Positions 1 to 10,098 of a stretch of 64,000 nt of DNA are shown here, piece by piece; position 1 is the stretch's first letter, and each line of letters opens with the position of its first letter. Location: the NCBI GenBank assembly GCA_014728085.1, contig WJMF01000164.1, forward strand, positions 1,418 through 65,417, given 5' to 3'. The DNA is from Candidatus Zhuqueibacterota bacterium. GTDB lineage: Bacteria > Zhuqueibacterota > Zhuqueibacteria > Residuimicrobiales > Oceaniaggregativiventaceae. The notes below the pieces were generated by a model, which saw nothing but the letters and a program-made list of their open reading frames with translations, had not been told where the DNA came from and searched no databases. The position numbers were made by a program, and so were the translations under genes.

Positions 1-387
1 AGTTTTTTTAAAAATTGTTTTTTATCCATTTACAACGCCTTGATTTGGACGGTAAAGCAGATGTCTTTTATTTGATGGAAATCAAGCTTAATTATTTCGG
101 TTTCAGGGTTTGATATATCTGCCTGAAAACCGGATGCATTTTTTGTGGCGAGCGGCATGTCAAAGTCACATCCGATTCATAACGCAAGCGTTTAAAGATA
201 TTTATTCAGGTTTGAAAAGCGCTAAAAAATAGCTATTTTACCAATAAGGCACAAGAGATTTTATCGAAGGTTGAACGGAACCGGGTGTAACGCTCTGTTT
301 TTTTCAGGAGGCCCTAAAGCCAGGTTGCGGGAACCCCTTTTGTGCTCTACCGTTTAATGGTTCGGTGACTCGTACTAATTTTTTTTC

Positions 388-416
388 TTGAGAAAGTCAA
401 TATTTTATAATATATT
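388..416 (+). promoter_or_regulatory. Putative sigma70-type promoter of the TPR lipoprotein gene (TTGAGA-17 nt-TATATT)
   Basis: -35 TTGAGA at 388-393, a 17-nt spacer, -10 TATATT at 411-416. It lies about 25 nt upstream of the ATG at 442, which is preceded by a GAGAGGA SD. This argues against the TTG at 388 being the real start. Confidence 0.3.
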
Positions 417-441
417 GCCCCGTCTTATGATTGAGAGGATT

Positions 442-2436
442 ATGAAGAAACTATTTACCATTTTTACCGGTGTCATTTTTTTATCTTTGGTTCTTGCCTG
501 TGGCTCCGGACAAAAGCTGCGACAGTCCGATTCCATTCCGCAGGGATCATATGACCGGGAAGCAATGGATCATATGATTGACGGTGCGATTGCGGAATTG
601 CTGGGACAACCACAAACTGCATTGCTGGAATATCACCAGGCAGCAGAGATCGATTCCTCTTCTCCGGGTATATATCTTGCTATGGCAGAGAATTATTATA
701 TGTTGGGAGAGTTTAAGAGTTCTATACGTCAAGTTAGCAAAGCCCTGCAAATCGATTCCGACAATCTCGCTGCTCTTGAGCTTTTAGCCATTACTTATGA
801 AAAGCTGGAAGCATATTCCAAAGCGTTAAATGTCCTGGAGCGATATGCTGAACTGCAGCCCGGGGATCTGGAAATATTATACAATTTGACTTCTCTCCAG
901 GTTATCAACAAGCAGTATGACAAGGCTTTTTTAACCTATAGAGATCTGGTTGAGCGTGGCCTCGAAGATGTTGAATATCGTTTGGGAATTGGTCATCTGT
1001 TTTTACAAGCGACTGCATTTGAGTATGCGGAAAAGATATATCTTGACATTTTAACCGATTTCCCCGCCCGGGAAGACCCTTATCTGGCATTGGCCGCGGT
1101 TTCCAAGGCCCAGGGGGATACCACCCGAGCTGAAGTGTGGTACCGAAAAGCAGCGCTTAAAAACCCTGATTTCAACGATGCCAAAATGGAATTGCTCAAT
1201 ATTTATGAAAAAAATGACCAGTATGACAAGGCGATTACATTTTATCAAGCCCTCCTTGAGAAAGATTCAACAAATCTGGACAACAAAATCGCTTTGGCCA
1301 AGCTCTATTATCAAAATGGTGATACGTTAAAGGCAGCTCGCTGTTTTAGGAAAGCTGTGCGGGATCATCCCAATAACGAGAGTGCTTATTTGTCTCTTGC
1401 GTCCCTGCAAAAGATCATGGGAGATACCCTTGCTGCGACGAAAACCTATGAGCGTGCTCTGGAAAAGAATACAACGTTTTTAACCATTAGAGCACGGCTG
1501 CGAGACATTTATGTTGATAAGCAGCGTATCGGTAGAGCCATTGAGCTGTATGAACCGCTCAAAAATGCGGATTCAACCTATGTCGGTGCAAATATCGAGA
1601 TTTCAAATTTATTCATGTATCGCGGTGATACCCTGCAAGCTATTGAGCAGATAGAGTCCCTTTTGCAAACAGACTCGGAGGATTGGCGCGTTCCCCTGAC
1701 TCTGGGGCGTTATTACTTTCTCGTCAATGAAAACAGCCGTGCAGCAGACCTTTTCAATCAGGTGCTTGAGCAGCGACAGGATATTCCGGCTTTATGGGTG
1801 TTGCGTGGTATCAATTATATGCGGATGGATAGTGTTAAACAGGCGTTGGATAACTTTTTACAGGCTGTTCAGCTTTTTCCGAAAAATGCAGAAATGAATT
1901 TTTACACCGGCTTTCTGCTCAATCGTGAACGAAATTATTCTCAGGCAATATACTATCTGCAGGAATCATTGGACAGAGAACCCGATAACATTCAGGCCAT
2001 GACCACTCTGGCAAGCGCCTACGATGAATTGAAAAATTTTAACCAGTCGGAAGAGTTGTACTTAAAATTGATAGAGCTGGCTCCGGAGAATCCACTGATT
2101 CTCAATAATTACGCCTATCATTTGGCTGTCCGGGGAATCCGGCTGGAGGAAGCCCTGAGAATGGGTTTGCGGGCCATTGAAGAGGATTCGGAAAACGCCG
2201 CTTATCTGGATACGGTTGGCTGGATCTATTTTCGTTTGCAGGATTACGAAAAGGCGGTTGAGTATATTCGCAAGTCCATAACCTTACAGGGTGATTCTGC
2301 AGAAGTATATGAGCACCTTGGTGATGCCTATAGTCAGCTCGATGAAAATGAAAAAGCCAGACAAGCCTATGAGAAAGCGCTGGAGCTCGATCCAGCGAAA
2401 AGCCAATTGAAAATCAAGTTGAATTTGGATAAATAG
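442..2436 (+). CDS. Tetratricopeptide-repeat (TPR) lipoprotein
   Basis: The ORF is 388..2436; the probable start is the ATG at 442 (MKKLF...) with an SD. The signal peptide ends in a lipobox-like LVLAC. About 600 aa of 34-residue TPR-like repeats follow (AxxYxxLG / AxxxYxxAL periodicity). Confidence 0.8.
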   Translation: MKKLFTIFTGVIFLSLVLACGSGQKLRQSDSIPQGSYDREAMDHMIDGAIAELLGQPQTALLEYHQAAEIDSSSPGIYLAMAENYYMLGEFKSSIRQVSKALQIDSDNLAALELLAITYEKLEAYSKALNVLERYAELQPGDLEILYNLTSLQVINKQYDKAFLTYRDLVERGLEDVEYRLGIGHLFLQATAFEYAEKIYLDILTDFPAREDPYLALAAVSKAQGDTTRAEVWYRKAALKNPDFNDAKMELLNIYEKNDQYDKAITFYQALLEKDSTNLDNKIALAKLYYQNGDTLKAARCFRKAVRDHPNNESAYLSLASLQKIMGDTLAATKTYERALEKNTTFLTIRARLRDIYVDKQRIGRAIELYEPLKNADSTYVGANIEISNLFMYRGDTLQAIEQIESLLQTDSEDWRVPLTLGRYYFLVNENSRAADLFNQVLEQRQDIPALWVLRGINYMRMDSVKQALDNFLQAVQLFPKNAEMNFYTGFLLNRERNYSQAIYYLQESLDREPDNIQAMTTLASAYDELKNFNQSEELYLKLIELAPENPLILNNYAYHLAVRGIRLEEALRMGLRAIEEDSENAAYLDTVGWIYFRLQDYEKAVEYIRKSITLQGDSAEVYEHLGDAYSQLDENEKARQAYEKALELDPAKSQLKIKLNLDK

Positions 2437-2448
2437 ATTATCACACCG

Positions 2449-3237
2449 TTGAAAATAAAAGTATATGTTTACCTTGTTTTCATTTGTATTGCCGGGTTTT
2501 TTGGCCATTGCGCCCATATGGCGCCCCGCCCGGCGCTTGGCATCAACGAAGAGCGACTCGAGGTTATCAAAGAAGCCTTGTTTCGTAATTTTTACCATAT
2601 CAAAACCTTTAAGGGGTATGGCACTTTAAATGTCCTTACACCGGTTGAATCATTCAAAGCCGATATAGAGGCATTGATTGTAAATCCCGACTCGGTTTAT
2701 GTAAAACTTGAAGCAACTCTGGGAATAGATGTTGGGATGTTATTCGCAAGCCGGGAAGGATATTTACTCTATTCTCCTCGCCAAAACACGTTTTACAGGG
2801 ATGACTCGGCGGTTTTGGACTTGCAATCCTTTATTGGAATGAAATTAACCTTTGGAAATTTACTCGAGACATTATTGGGGCTCGAGTTGCTGGATGGGTT
2901 GAATGAGGCAACCGTCAGTGCCGTGCCATCGGAAGCGGAGATCACGGTTTCCGGGATGGTGGGAAATTTTGAGGCCATCTATACGATCGATCCGGCCAAA
3001 GGTGTTGTGAAAAATACCAGGATTTATGATACGGATAACCGCTTGATTCTTGCCGCCAAATACAGTCGCTTTATTTATAGCAGAGGGAGCTATATGCCCA
3101 AAACCATTCAAATAATAAAGCCGATAACCAAAGAATCGATCACCTTGTTTTATACTTTTGTCAAATTAAACGAGTCGATAAAACATGAGCAATTTAGAAT
3201 AAAGATTCCGGATAATGCCATTCGGGAAGAGTTGTAA
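2449..3237 (+). CDS. Hypothetical secreted protein or lipoprotein (possibly DUF4292/LolA-like)
   Basis: 262-aa ORF with a hydrophobic N-terminal signal-like segment. It sits immediately downstream of the TPR gene, as seen in FCB-group TPR + DUF4292 pairs. Start codon uncertain (TTG at 2449). Confidence 0.5.
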   Translation: MKIKVYVYLVFICIAGFFGHCAHMAPRPALGINEERLEVIKEALFRNFYHIKTFKGYGTLNVLTPVESFKADIEALIVNPDSVYVKLEATLGIDVGMLFASREGYLLYSPRQNTFYRDDSAVLDLQSFIGMKLTFGNLLETLLGLELLDGLNEATVSAVPSEAEITVSGMVGNFEAIYTIDPAKGVVKNTRIYDTDNRLILAAKYSRFIYSRGSYMPKTIQIIKPITKESITLFYTFVKLNESIKHEQFRIKIPDNAIREEL

Positions 3238-3238
3238 T

Positions 3239-4195
3239 ATGTTTAAAAAAGAAAAAGATCCATCTCTTGGCTGCAGTATCATTTTGCCGCTTTACAATGA
3301 AGAAGAATCCATATATGAACTGCACGAGCGTCTCCATAGCGTTTTACAGTCAACCGGACTGATCTATGAGATTATTTATATCGATGACGGCTCAACAGAC
3401 CGGTCTGCTGAAATGGTGGAAGCCCTGTATCAAAAACATGGCGATATAAAATTTATCCAGTTTCGGCGTAATTACGGCAAATCTGCTGCATTGTCGGCCG
3501 GATTTAAGGCGGCCAGGGGCCAATACGTTATTACGATGGACGCAGATTTGCAGGACGATCCGGCCGAGATTCCCGCACTGATCGCCAAACTCGAAGCGGG
3601 TTATGATCTCGTTTCAGGCTGGAAAAAGGTCCGCCGGGATCCGTTAAGCAAGCGTTTAGCTTCCCGGATTTATAATTTTTTTACTTCTGTGTTCAGTGGA
3701 ATACGATTGCATGATTTCAACTGCGGACTCAAAGCATACCGCCATCAGGTGATTAAATCGATAGATGTTTATGGTGAGATGCATCGATACCTGCCGGTGA
3801 TGGCCTTTAAAGATGGTTTCCGGGTTACTGAAATACCGGTTCGACATCATCCGCGTAAATATGGAAAGTCAAAATATGGAGCTGCCCGATTCTTGCGCGG
3901 TGCTTTTGATCTGATTACCATCACTTTTCTCACCCGTTATAAGAAACGACCTTTACACTTGTTTGGATTGATCGGCGCATTATCGGTTGTGCTTGGTTGT
4001 GCGGTCTTGATCGTATTGACCATTCAGAGAATTTTTTATCAAATATACCTGAGCAACAGGCCTATACTGTTCCTCGGCGTGCTGATGGTGATCGTTGGTA
4101 TTCAGTTTATATCTATCGGTTTACTGGGAGAGATGATTACAGCCCAGCGACAAGAGTCAGATCATTATTCAGTCAAACGAACATTGGGGATTTAA
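3239..4195 (+). CDS. GT2 polyprenyl-phosphate sugar synthase (GtrB/ArnC/CsbB/DPM1-like)
   Basis: N-terminal GT-A fold with SIILPLYNEE...YIDDGSTD...DADLQDD (DxD). Two C-terminal TM helices, the hallmark GtrB/CsbB architecture. ATG at 3239 directly follows the upstream stop. Confidence 0.88.
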   Translation: MFKKEKDPSLGCSIILPLYNEEESIYELHERLHSVLQSTGLIYEIIYIDDGSTDRSAEMVEALYQKHGDIKFIQFRRNYGKSAALSAGFKAARGQYVITMDADLQDDPAEIPALIAKLEAGYDLVSGWKKVRRDPLSKRLASRIYNFFTSVFSGIRLHDFNCGLKAYRHQVIKSIDVYGEMHRYLPVMAFKDGFRVTEIPVRHHPRKYGKSKYGAARFLRGAFDLITITFLTRYKKRPLHLFGLIGALSVVLGCAVLIVLTIQRIFYQIYLSNRPILFLGVLMVIVGIQFISIGLLGEMITAQRQESDHYSVKRTLGI

Positions 4196-4277
4196 GAGGT
4201 GCCGACAGAAGCTGGCCGGTTTGTTCCATTCGACTTTCCCGGATCATAAAAGAGAATTTTTTGTGAAAAAGGCATTG

Positions 4278-5588
4278 ATGGTTACATATTATTTTCCGCC
4301 GTCCGGTGGATCCGGCGTTCAGCGCACGCTTAAATTTGTCAGGTACTTGCCGGACTTTGGTATTCAGCCGGTGGTTCTAAGCGCCAGAAATGCAAATTAC
4401 CCGATTTTGGATCAAACACTCGTGGATCAAATTCCTCCTCACGTTAACGTCTATCGTTCTTTACTTTTTGAGCCTTATTCTCTTTACCGCCTGTTAACAG
4501 CTCGGCAAACTGAAGAATCCACGGATATTGCCACACTCAGTTTTACCGAAACCGACCGGGCCTCTTTGGCAGAACGGTTATCGGAATGGGTTCGTTCTGT
4601 TTTCTTTATCCCGGACGCGCGAATCGGCTGGTTGCCTTTTGCTGTACTCAAGGGGATAAGGGTTATTCAACGGGAGAGACCCGATATTATTTATTCCAGC
4701 GCTCCGCCTTATACCACTCACCTGATCGCCCTGGTGTTATCAAAATATTTTCGTCTGCCATGGGTAGCGGATTTTCGCGATTCCTGGATCGGTTGGCTTT
4801 CCACGCCTCAATGGCGACCCCCTCTTTCTCGTGCACTGGAAATGAAAATGGAACGCGCAGTTTTGCGCCATGCGCAGCGAATTATTACCGTTTCCCGCGG
4901 GGTTCGGGCGGATTTATACAGCAGGCATTCTCACTTGCCACCGGACAAATGGATTCTTTTACCCAATGGCTATGATCCTTCCGATTATGGTCGGGCCAGA
5001 CCTCGCGATCCCCGGCTGGTAATAACCTATCTGGGCTCCATGTATGGTCGGCGAAACCCCGAAACTCTGATCGAGGCACTGGAGCTTCTTTATCGTAATG
5101 ATAAAACATTGTCCGAGCGGATTCTCATTCGTTTGGTCGGGCGTATCGGCAAACCCATTCTCGATCGCATTAAAACCTCTTTGGTGTCCGGGCTTTTCCA
5201 GATCATCTCCTATGTTGATCATGCTGAAAGTCTTGCCTATTTAATGGCAACCGATCTTTGTCTTCTGATCATCGATGATGCACCCGGGAATGAAGGCATT
5301 CTGACCGGCAAGCTTTTTGAATATATTGGATCCGGACAGCCTATTCTGGCATTAGCGCCAAAAGGTGAAGCTTTTGATTTAATCAAGGGACAAAACCTCG
5401 GCGTTTGTGTAACGCCCAACGATGTCGATAGTATGGCCGATACTCTTAAGAGGTTTTTGCACTTACATTCAACCCATGGCCGGATTCCCAAAGTCGACTC
5501 TGCTGTAAAAGAGCGGTTTGACCGGCGTTATCAGAGCGGTATTTTGGCCGGTCATCTGAAACGATGTATTCGTAAAGGAGATATATGA
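4278..5588 (+). CDS. Glycosyltransferase, GT4-like (GT-B fold)
   Basis: The ORF is 4221..5588 (TTG start); the likely start is ATG 4278 or GTG 4263. N-terminal MVTYYFPPSGGSGVQR... is typical of the Glyco_trans_4 N-domain. The C-terminal half is a GT1-type domain. Confidence 0.75.
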   Translation: MVTYYFPPSGGSGVQRTLKFVRYLPDFGIQPVVLSARNANYPILDQTLVDQIPPHVNVYRSLLFEPYSLYRLLTARQTEESTDIATLSFTETDRASLAERLSEWVRSVFFIPDARIGWLPFAVLKGIRVIQRERPDIIYSSAPPYTTHLIALVLSKYFRLPWVADFRDSWIGWLSTPQWRPPLSRALEMKMERAVLRHAQRIITVSRGVRADLYSRHSHLPPDKWILLPNGYDPSDYGRARPRDPRLVITYLGSMYGRRNPETLIEALELLYRNDKTLSERILIRLVGRIGKPILDRIKTSLVSGLFQIISYVDHAESLAYLMATDLCLLIIDDAPGNEGILTGKLFEYIGSGQPILALAPKGEAFDLIKGQNLGVCVTPNDVDSMADTLKRFLHLHSTHGRIPKVDSAVKERFDRRYQSGILAGHLKRCIRKGDI

Positions 5589-6784
5589 TCTCTAAAACGG
5601 TTGCGATGCTTCTGGAAAAGGAATTTCCCACTGATTTGAGAGTGATGAATGAAGCGACGGCACTGCGCAACGCCGGAATACGGGTTGTGATTTTTTGCCT
5701 AAACTTTGGAAGCTTGAAACCGATTGAAGAGATCGAGGATGGGATTTTTGCAATTCGTAACGCCATTCCGCAACACGTGTTCAACAAGATTCATTCTACA
5801 GTCGAATTTTTCCCCTTTTACAACCGTTGGTGGAAGCGTTTTATCCGTTCATGGAATGTCTCTTTTGATGCTATTCATGTACATGATTTACCCCTTGCCC
5901 GTGTCGGATGGCAGCTTGCCGAAAAAGCCGGTGTCAAGTGGGTTTTAGATCTGCATGAAAATTATCCCGCAGCCCTGAAAATCTGGAGCTTTAGCCGAAC
6001 ATGGCCGGGCCGCTGGATTTATCGCCAAAAAGGCTGGAGACGCTATGAGCGAACAGCAGTTAAACATGCCGACCGGGCGATTGTGGTGACTGAAGAAGCT
6101 ATGGATCGATTTATTGAATCCGGATTCGAACCAGAGCATTTTGTTGTGGTTTCCAATACACCCGACCTGGAAACCATGCGATCGATATCCTTTGAAGAGA
6201 AAGCAGGATCGCGATTTCGTCAACACCTGAATATGGTTTTTACCGGTGGTTTGGGATTGCATCGCGGCCTGGAAGTGGTCATTAAGCGATTGCCTGATTT
6301 GCACGGGCAAATCCCCAATCTTAAATTATGGTTGGTTGGCGACGGCAAAGAGCGGCCAAGCCTGGAATCTCTTGCAAGGCATTGTAAGGTTGAGGACTCT
6401 ATCGAGTTTACCGGTTGGCTTTGTTTTTCAGAAGCGATGAAAATTGTTGCCAACAGTGATATTGCTTTGCTCCCGCATTTGCGGACCGAACATACCGAAA
6501 CAACCATACCGCATAAATTGTTTCAATACATGTATTTAAAAAAGCCTGTTGTTGCCTCGGATTGTACACCCATACGGCGCATATTGGATGAAACCGGGTC
6601 TGGTTTGTTATTTTCAACACAGGACCCGAAAACGCTGGACAGTTGCGTTTTACGGTTGAGAGAAAAGCCTTTGCGGGATGAGTTGGGGATGAATGGACAC
6701 AAGGCGGTGAAAACGACCTGGAACTGGCAAAACAGCAGTAAAAATTTGGTAAAGATATATCATGAATTCTTTAAAGAAAAATAA
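5585..6784 (+). CDS. Glycosyltransferase family 4 (GT-B, retaining)
   Basis: ATGA overlap with the upstream gene. C-terminal GT1 domain with EX7E-like PHKLFQYMYLKKPVVASD. Confidence 0.85.
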   Translation: MISKTVAMLLEKEFPTDLRVMNEATALRNAGIRVVIFCLNFGSLKPIEEIEDGIFAIRNAIPQHVFNKIHSTVEFFPFYNRWWKRFIRSWNVSFDAIHVHDLPLARVGWQLAEKAGVKWVLDLHENYPAALKIWSFSRTWPGRWIYRQKGWRRYERTAVKHADRAIVVTEEAMDRFIESGFEPEHFVVVSNTPDLETMRSISFEEKAGSRFRQHLNMVFTGGLGLHRGLEVVIKRLPDLHGQIPNLKLWLVGDGKERPSLESLARHCKVEDSIEFTGWLCFSEAMKIVANSDIALLPHLRTEHTETTIPHKLFQYMYLKKPVVASDCTPIRRILDETGSGLLFSTQDPKTLDSCVLRLREKPLRDELGMNGHKAVKTTWNWQNSSKNLVKIYHEFFKEK

Positions 6785-7496
6785 AAACAGCAGCCGGCAA
6801 TATTATGAGGCGGTAGCTCACCGTACCAATATCTGGACATGCGCTCCCGGCTCACCGACCTATTATCAGGAAATGGTGCGGTATGAAAGAATTATTGCCG
6901 AGCTTCCCGAGAGCGGCCTTGCTGTTGACCTGGGCTGCGGAAACGGGTATTTATCCTATCTCATGTCAAAGCGAGGATTGACCGTAATTTCCGTAGATCT
7001 GTCGATCAGCAGATTACAAAATTTACGCACCGCCATTGCCACAGAAGCACCGGACCAGGTGCAGAGTGATATTCATCAGACCGGTTTGCAATCCGCTTTC
7101 GCAGATGTGATCGTCTGTTCGGAAGTTATCGAACACATTCAAAAATACCAACAGGTCCTTCAGGAGGCGGAACGAATTTTAAAACACGACGGGATATTCA
7201 TTGTTACGGTTCCTTACAAGGAAAGATTAAAAAAAATTATCTGTCCGCACTGTCATAAATATTTTTATGCAGACGGACATTTGCACAGGTTTGATCGAAA
7301 CAACCTGGCAACAGATCTGGAGAGGTCTGGTTTGACCATACTCAAACAAAAGCGTTTCCGGCACCGGCTTTTGGTGCACCTTCAGTACCATCTGAAACTG
7401 AGATACGGATTCGTTTTGCGTTTTTTAGATCAGCTCTTCTCTGCCATTCACCCCGAGTATACCTGGTATCTTTTGGTCAAGAGCAAAAAAAAGTGA
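6762..7496 (+). CDS. Class I SAM-dependent methyltransferase with C-terminal CxxC/H zinc-ribbon-like motif
   Basis: Motif I VDLGCGNGYLS, acidic motif II and CPHCHKYFYADGHLHRF. Overlaps the upstream GT by 23 nt. Confidence 0.8.
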   Translation: MNSLKKNKNSSRQYYEAVAHRTNIWTCAPGSPTYYQEMVRYERIIAELPESGLAVDLGCGNGYLSYLMSKRGLTVISVDLSISRLQNLRTAIATEAPDQVQSDIHQTGLQSAFADVIVCSEVIEHIQKYQQVLQEAERILKHDGIFIVTVPYKERLKKIICPHCHKYFYADGHLHRFDRNNLATDLERSGLTILKQKRFRHRLLVHLQYHLKLRYGFVLRFLDQLFSAIHPEYTWYLLVKSKKK

Positions 7497-7563
7497 ACGG
7501 TTTGTTGTATGTAACGACTTGCTTTTTTCATCAAATTCTTATAAGTTTGAGAGTTGTGTAAAA

Positions 7564-10095
7564 ATGAGTGAGGTTATTGTGACAGCAAAAAAACGGGTTA
7601 AAAAGGAAAAACCGCAAGAATCGTCGACTTTTACGCCAGACCAAAAGCCGGCGTTGTTTATGATCATTATCCTGGCGATTTTATTAATCGTGCTTTATCA
7701 CCAGGTTATACTCGGGGGTATGGTGTTTCAGCCCCCGGACCGGATGACAACTCTGGCACTGCAGCCGTTTGTTCAGCAGGCTCTTAGTCAGGGTATTTAT
7801 CCTTTGTGGTGTCCCTATGTTTTCAGCGGCATGCCTTCATTTGCCAGCATGCTCACGGTTCCCATGATAAATATTGTTGACTGGTCGATGCGTACGGTTC
7901 TGCAATTCATTTTGCCACGGACGCCGGATCCCAACTTTATTTTTATTTATCTTAATTTTCTTTTACTTGCGGCTACTTTGTATTTGCTCCTGCGTCAGCA
8001 AAAAATCTCACCATTGGCGGCTTCTTTTTCCGCCATCGCAGTGACTTTATTACCACAGTTTGTTGCGTTTGTCTCATTTAGTCATAATACCAAATTTTTG
8101 TCCGTGGTTTTGATACCGTTGATTTTTTATCTCACCAAAAAAATGTTTGAAGAACGCTCTCTGTTGTATTTTTGTCTGACGGCGCTGGCCATCGGCTTTC
8201 AGCTCTTTCGGGCTCATGTTCAGGTGACGTATTATACCTTTCTAATGTTAGGGATATATTTACTGTTTACAGCTGTTACGCGGTGGCGCGAAAATCGCTC
8301 CTTAAAGCCCTTTTTAATTAATGCCGGCCTGTTGATCGGAGCTATCGCTGCCGGGCTATTGCTATCATCCGTAATTTATTTGTCTGTATATGAATATCAA
8401 CACTATTCGATCCGGGGATCCAGTGAAAATAGCGGCCTCGATTATGATTATGCCTCCAGCTGGTCTTTTCATCCGCTTGAAATGGTAACCTTTATCATTC
8501 CTTCTTTTATGGGATTTGGCGGCCAGACATATTGGGGAAAAATGCCATTTACCGATTATCCCCTCTATTTTGGTATCGGGGTATTGTTTTTGGCAGGACT
8601 TGCACTCGTTTTACGCCGGGATCGAAAGACATGGTTTTTTACAATCTTGGCCATTTTTGCTTTGGTGGTCTCTTTTGGAAAACATTTACCGGTTCTTTAT
8701 ACGCCGATGTTCAAGCTATTGCCTTTTTTCAATAAATTTCGGATTCCCAGTATGATTCATATACTGTTGAATTTTTCAATGGTTATCCTGGCGGCATATG
8801 GATTGCAGGCACTTTTCGATTATCGGAAGCAATTGGCGAAAATGAAAAAGCCGGTAATAACACAGTCTCTGCGGCGTTATTTATTTATTTTCCTGGCGGT
8901 GGTGGGGATATTTTTGTTGTTTATGTTGTTTGCCAAATCGCTTTTTATCGAATTGATTGCCGAAAGCAGAGCGCGTATGCAGCCGGCGCAACGGGAACTC
9001 GCTTATAACAATGCTTTTCTGGACAGTTTTAAAGCTCTCATTTTTATCGCCATTTCTGTTTTTATCATCTTTCAATTTCTCAGGTTTAAACTTTCCAGAT
9101 CGTTTCTCGGGGTGACCCTGATCGTCTTGATGGTAATCGATTTTTGGATTATCGATTTTAAAATTATCAATCCTCGTCCGCCTGCGAGCGAGACGGCTCA
9201 TTTTTCCGGTAATGCTGCTGTCAATTACATAAAAAAGGATAAATCGCATTATCGAATTTTTCCGGTTCTGGACAACAAAGGCGGTAACTGGTACGCCTAT
9301 CACCTTATCGAAAGCATCAATGGCTATTCTGCAGCAAAGTTGCGAATTTATCAGGATTTCCTCGAAGAAACCGGCTTTGCATCACAGGATCAATATGGGT
9401 TGAATCCCTTTATCGCCAATTTCTGGAATTTGTCGGTTCAGGAAGGAAAGTTAACGCCACAAAGGAAACCGCCACAGGCCCGCAATCAGAACCAGATCGA
9501 TTTTCACAACACGGTTCTCGATATGCTCAATGTAAAATACCTGGTGATAAATTATCTGCCCATTCCCGATCCCGGATATCAGAGGGTTCAGCATCAGCAA
9601 CCCTGGGTTTTTGAAAACGTTGACGTATTGCCGCGTGCTTTTTTCGCCGATACCGTGCAGGTGATGGAAGGGCGGGAGACGATATTTTCCTATATGAAAA
9701 GTGGAAAATTCGATCCCCGTCAAACCGCAATTGTGGAGAAAAATCCTCCTTTTGATATACTACCATCCGATCGCAACCGGGTTCGTTTGCAAGATTTTGG
9801 GCTGCATCATATTCGTTTAAATGCGGAGGTATTCAGTCCGACGGTTATGGTGCTGAGCGAGATTTACTATCCGGCAGGATGGCGGGCCTTTGTTGATGGT
9901 GTCGAAACCCCAATATATAAAACCAACTATATTTTACGTTCAGTTTTTCTCGAACCTGGTAATCACACGATCGAATTTATATTCAAGCCAAAACGTTTTT
10001 TTCTGGGAATATGGATCAGTATTGGTACGCTTTTGTTGTTGTTAATACCTGTCGGTCTTTGGTTGTATAGGACCAAATATAAAAAACGGGCGTGA
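7564..10095 (+). CDS. YfhO-family membrane protein (GT-C-type glycosyltransferase), paralog 1
   Basis: The ORF is 7519..10095 (TTG); the likely start is ATG 7564. About 13 predicted TM helices plus a C-terminal soluble domain, about 850 aa like B. subtilis YfhO. Shares conserved C-terminal motifs with the ORF at 11675..14056. Confidence 0.8.
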   Translation: MSEVIVTAKKRVKKEKPQESSTFTPDQKPALFMIIILAILLIVLYHQVILGGMVFQPPDRMTTLALQPFVQQALSQGIYPLWCPYVFSGMPSFASMLTVPMINIVDWSMRTVLQFILPRTPDPNFIFIYLNFLLLAATLYLLLRQQKISPLAASFSAIAVTLLPQFVAFVSFSHNTKFLSVVLIPLIFYLTKKMFEERSLLYFCLTALAIGFQLFRAHVQVTYYTFLMLGIYLLFTAVTRWRENRSLKPFLINAGLLIGAIAAGLLLSSVIYLSVYEYQHYSIRGSSENSGLDYDYASSWSFHPLEMVTFIIPSFMGFGGQTYWGKMPFTDYPLYFGIGVLFLAGLALVLRRDRKTWFFTILAIFALVVSFGKHLPVLYTPMFKLLPFFNKFRIPSMIHILLNFSMVILAAYGLQALFDYRKQLAKMKKPVITQSLRRYLFIFLAVVGIFLLFMLFAKSLFIELIAESRARMQPAQRELAYNNAFLDSFKALIFIAISVFIIFQFLRFKLSRSFLGVTLIVLMVIDFWIIDFKIINPRPPASETAHFSGNAAVNYIKKDKSHYRIFPVLDNKGGNWYAYHLIESINGYSAAKLRIYQDFLEETGFASQDQYGLNPFIANFWNLSVQEGKLTPQRKPPQARNQNQIDFHNTVLDMLNVKYLVINYLPIPDPGYQRVQHQQPWVFENVDVLPRAFFADTVQVMEGRETIFSYMKSGKFDPRQTAIVEKNPPFDILPSDRNRVRLQDFGLHHIRLNAEVFSPTVMVLSEIYYPAGWRAFVDGVETPIYKTNYILRSVFLEPGNHTIEFIFKPKRFFLGIWISIGTLLLLLIPVGLWLYRTKYKKRA

Positions 10096-10098
10096 AAA

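Noticed and set aside
1-441. Unusually long 441-nt non-coding region at the window start; checked for tRNA, tmRNA, SRP or 6S-like RNA.
   Set aside because: No tRNA T-loop (GGTTCGAATCC-like) or cloverleaf. No SRP or RNase P conserved boxes. It contains a plausible sigma70 promoter for the TPR gene. The remainder may belong to an upstream gene outside the window.
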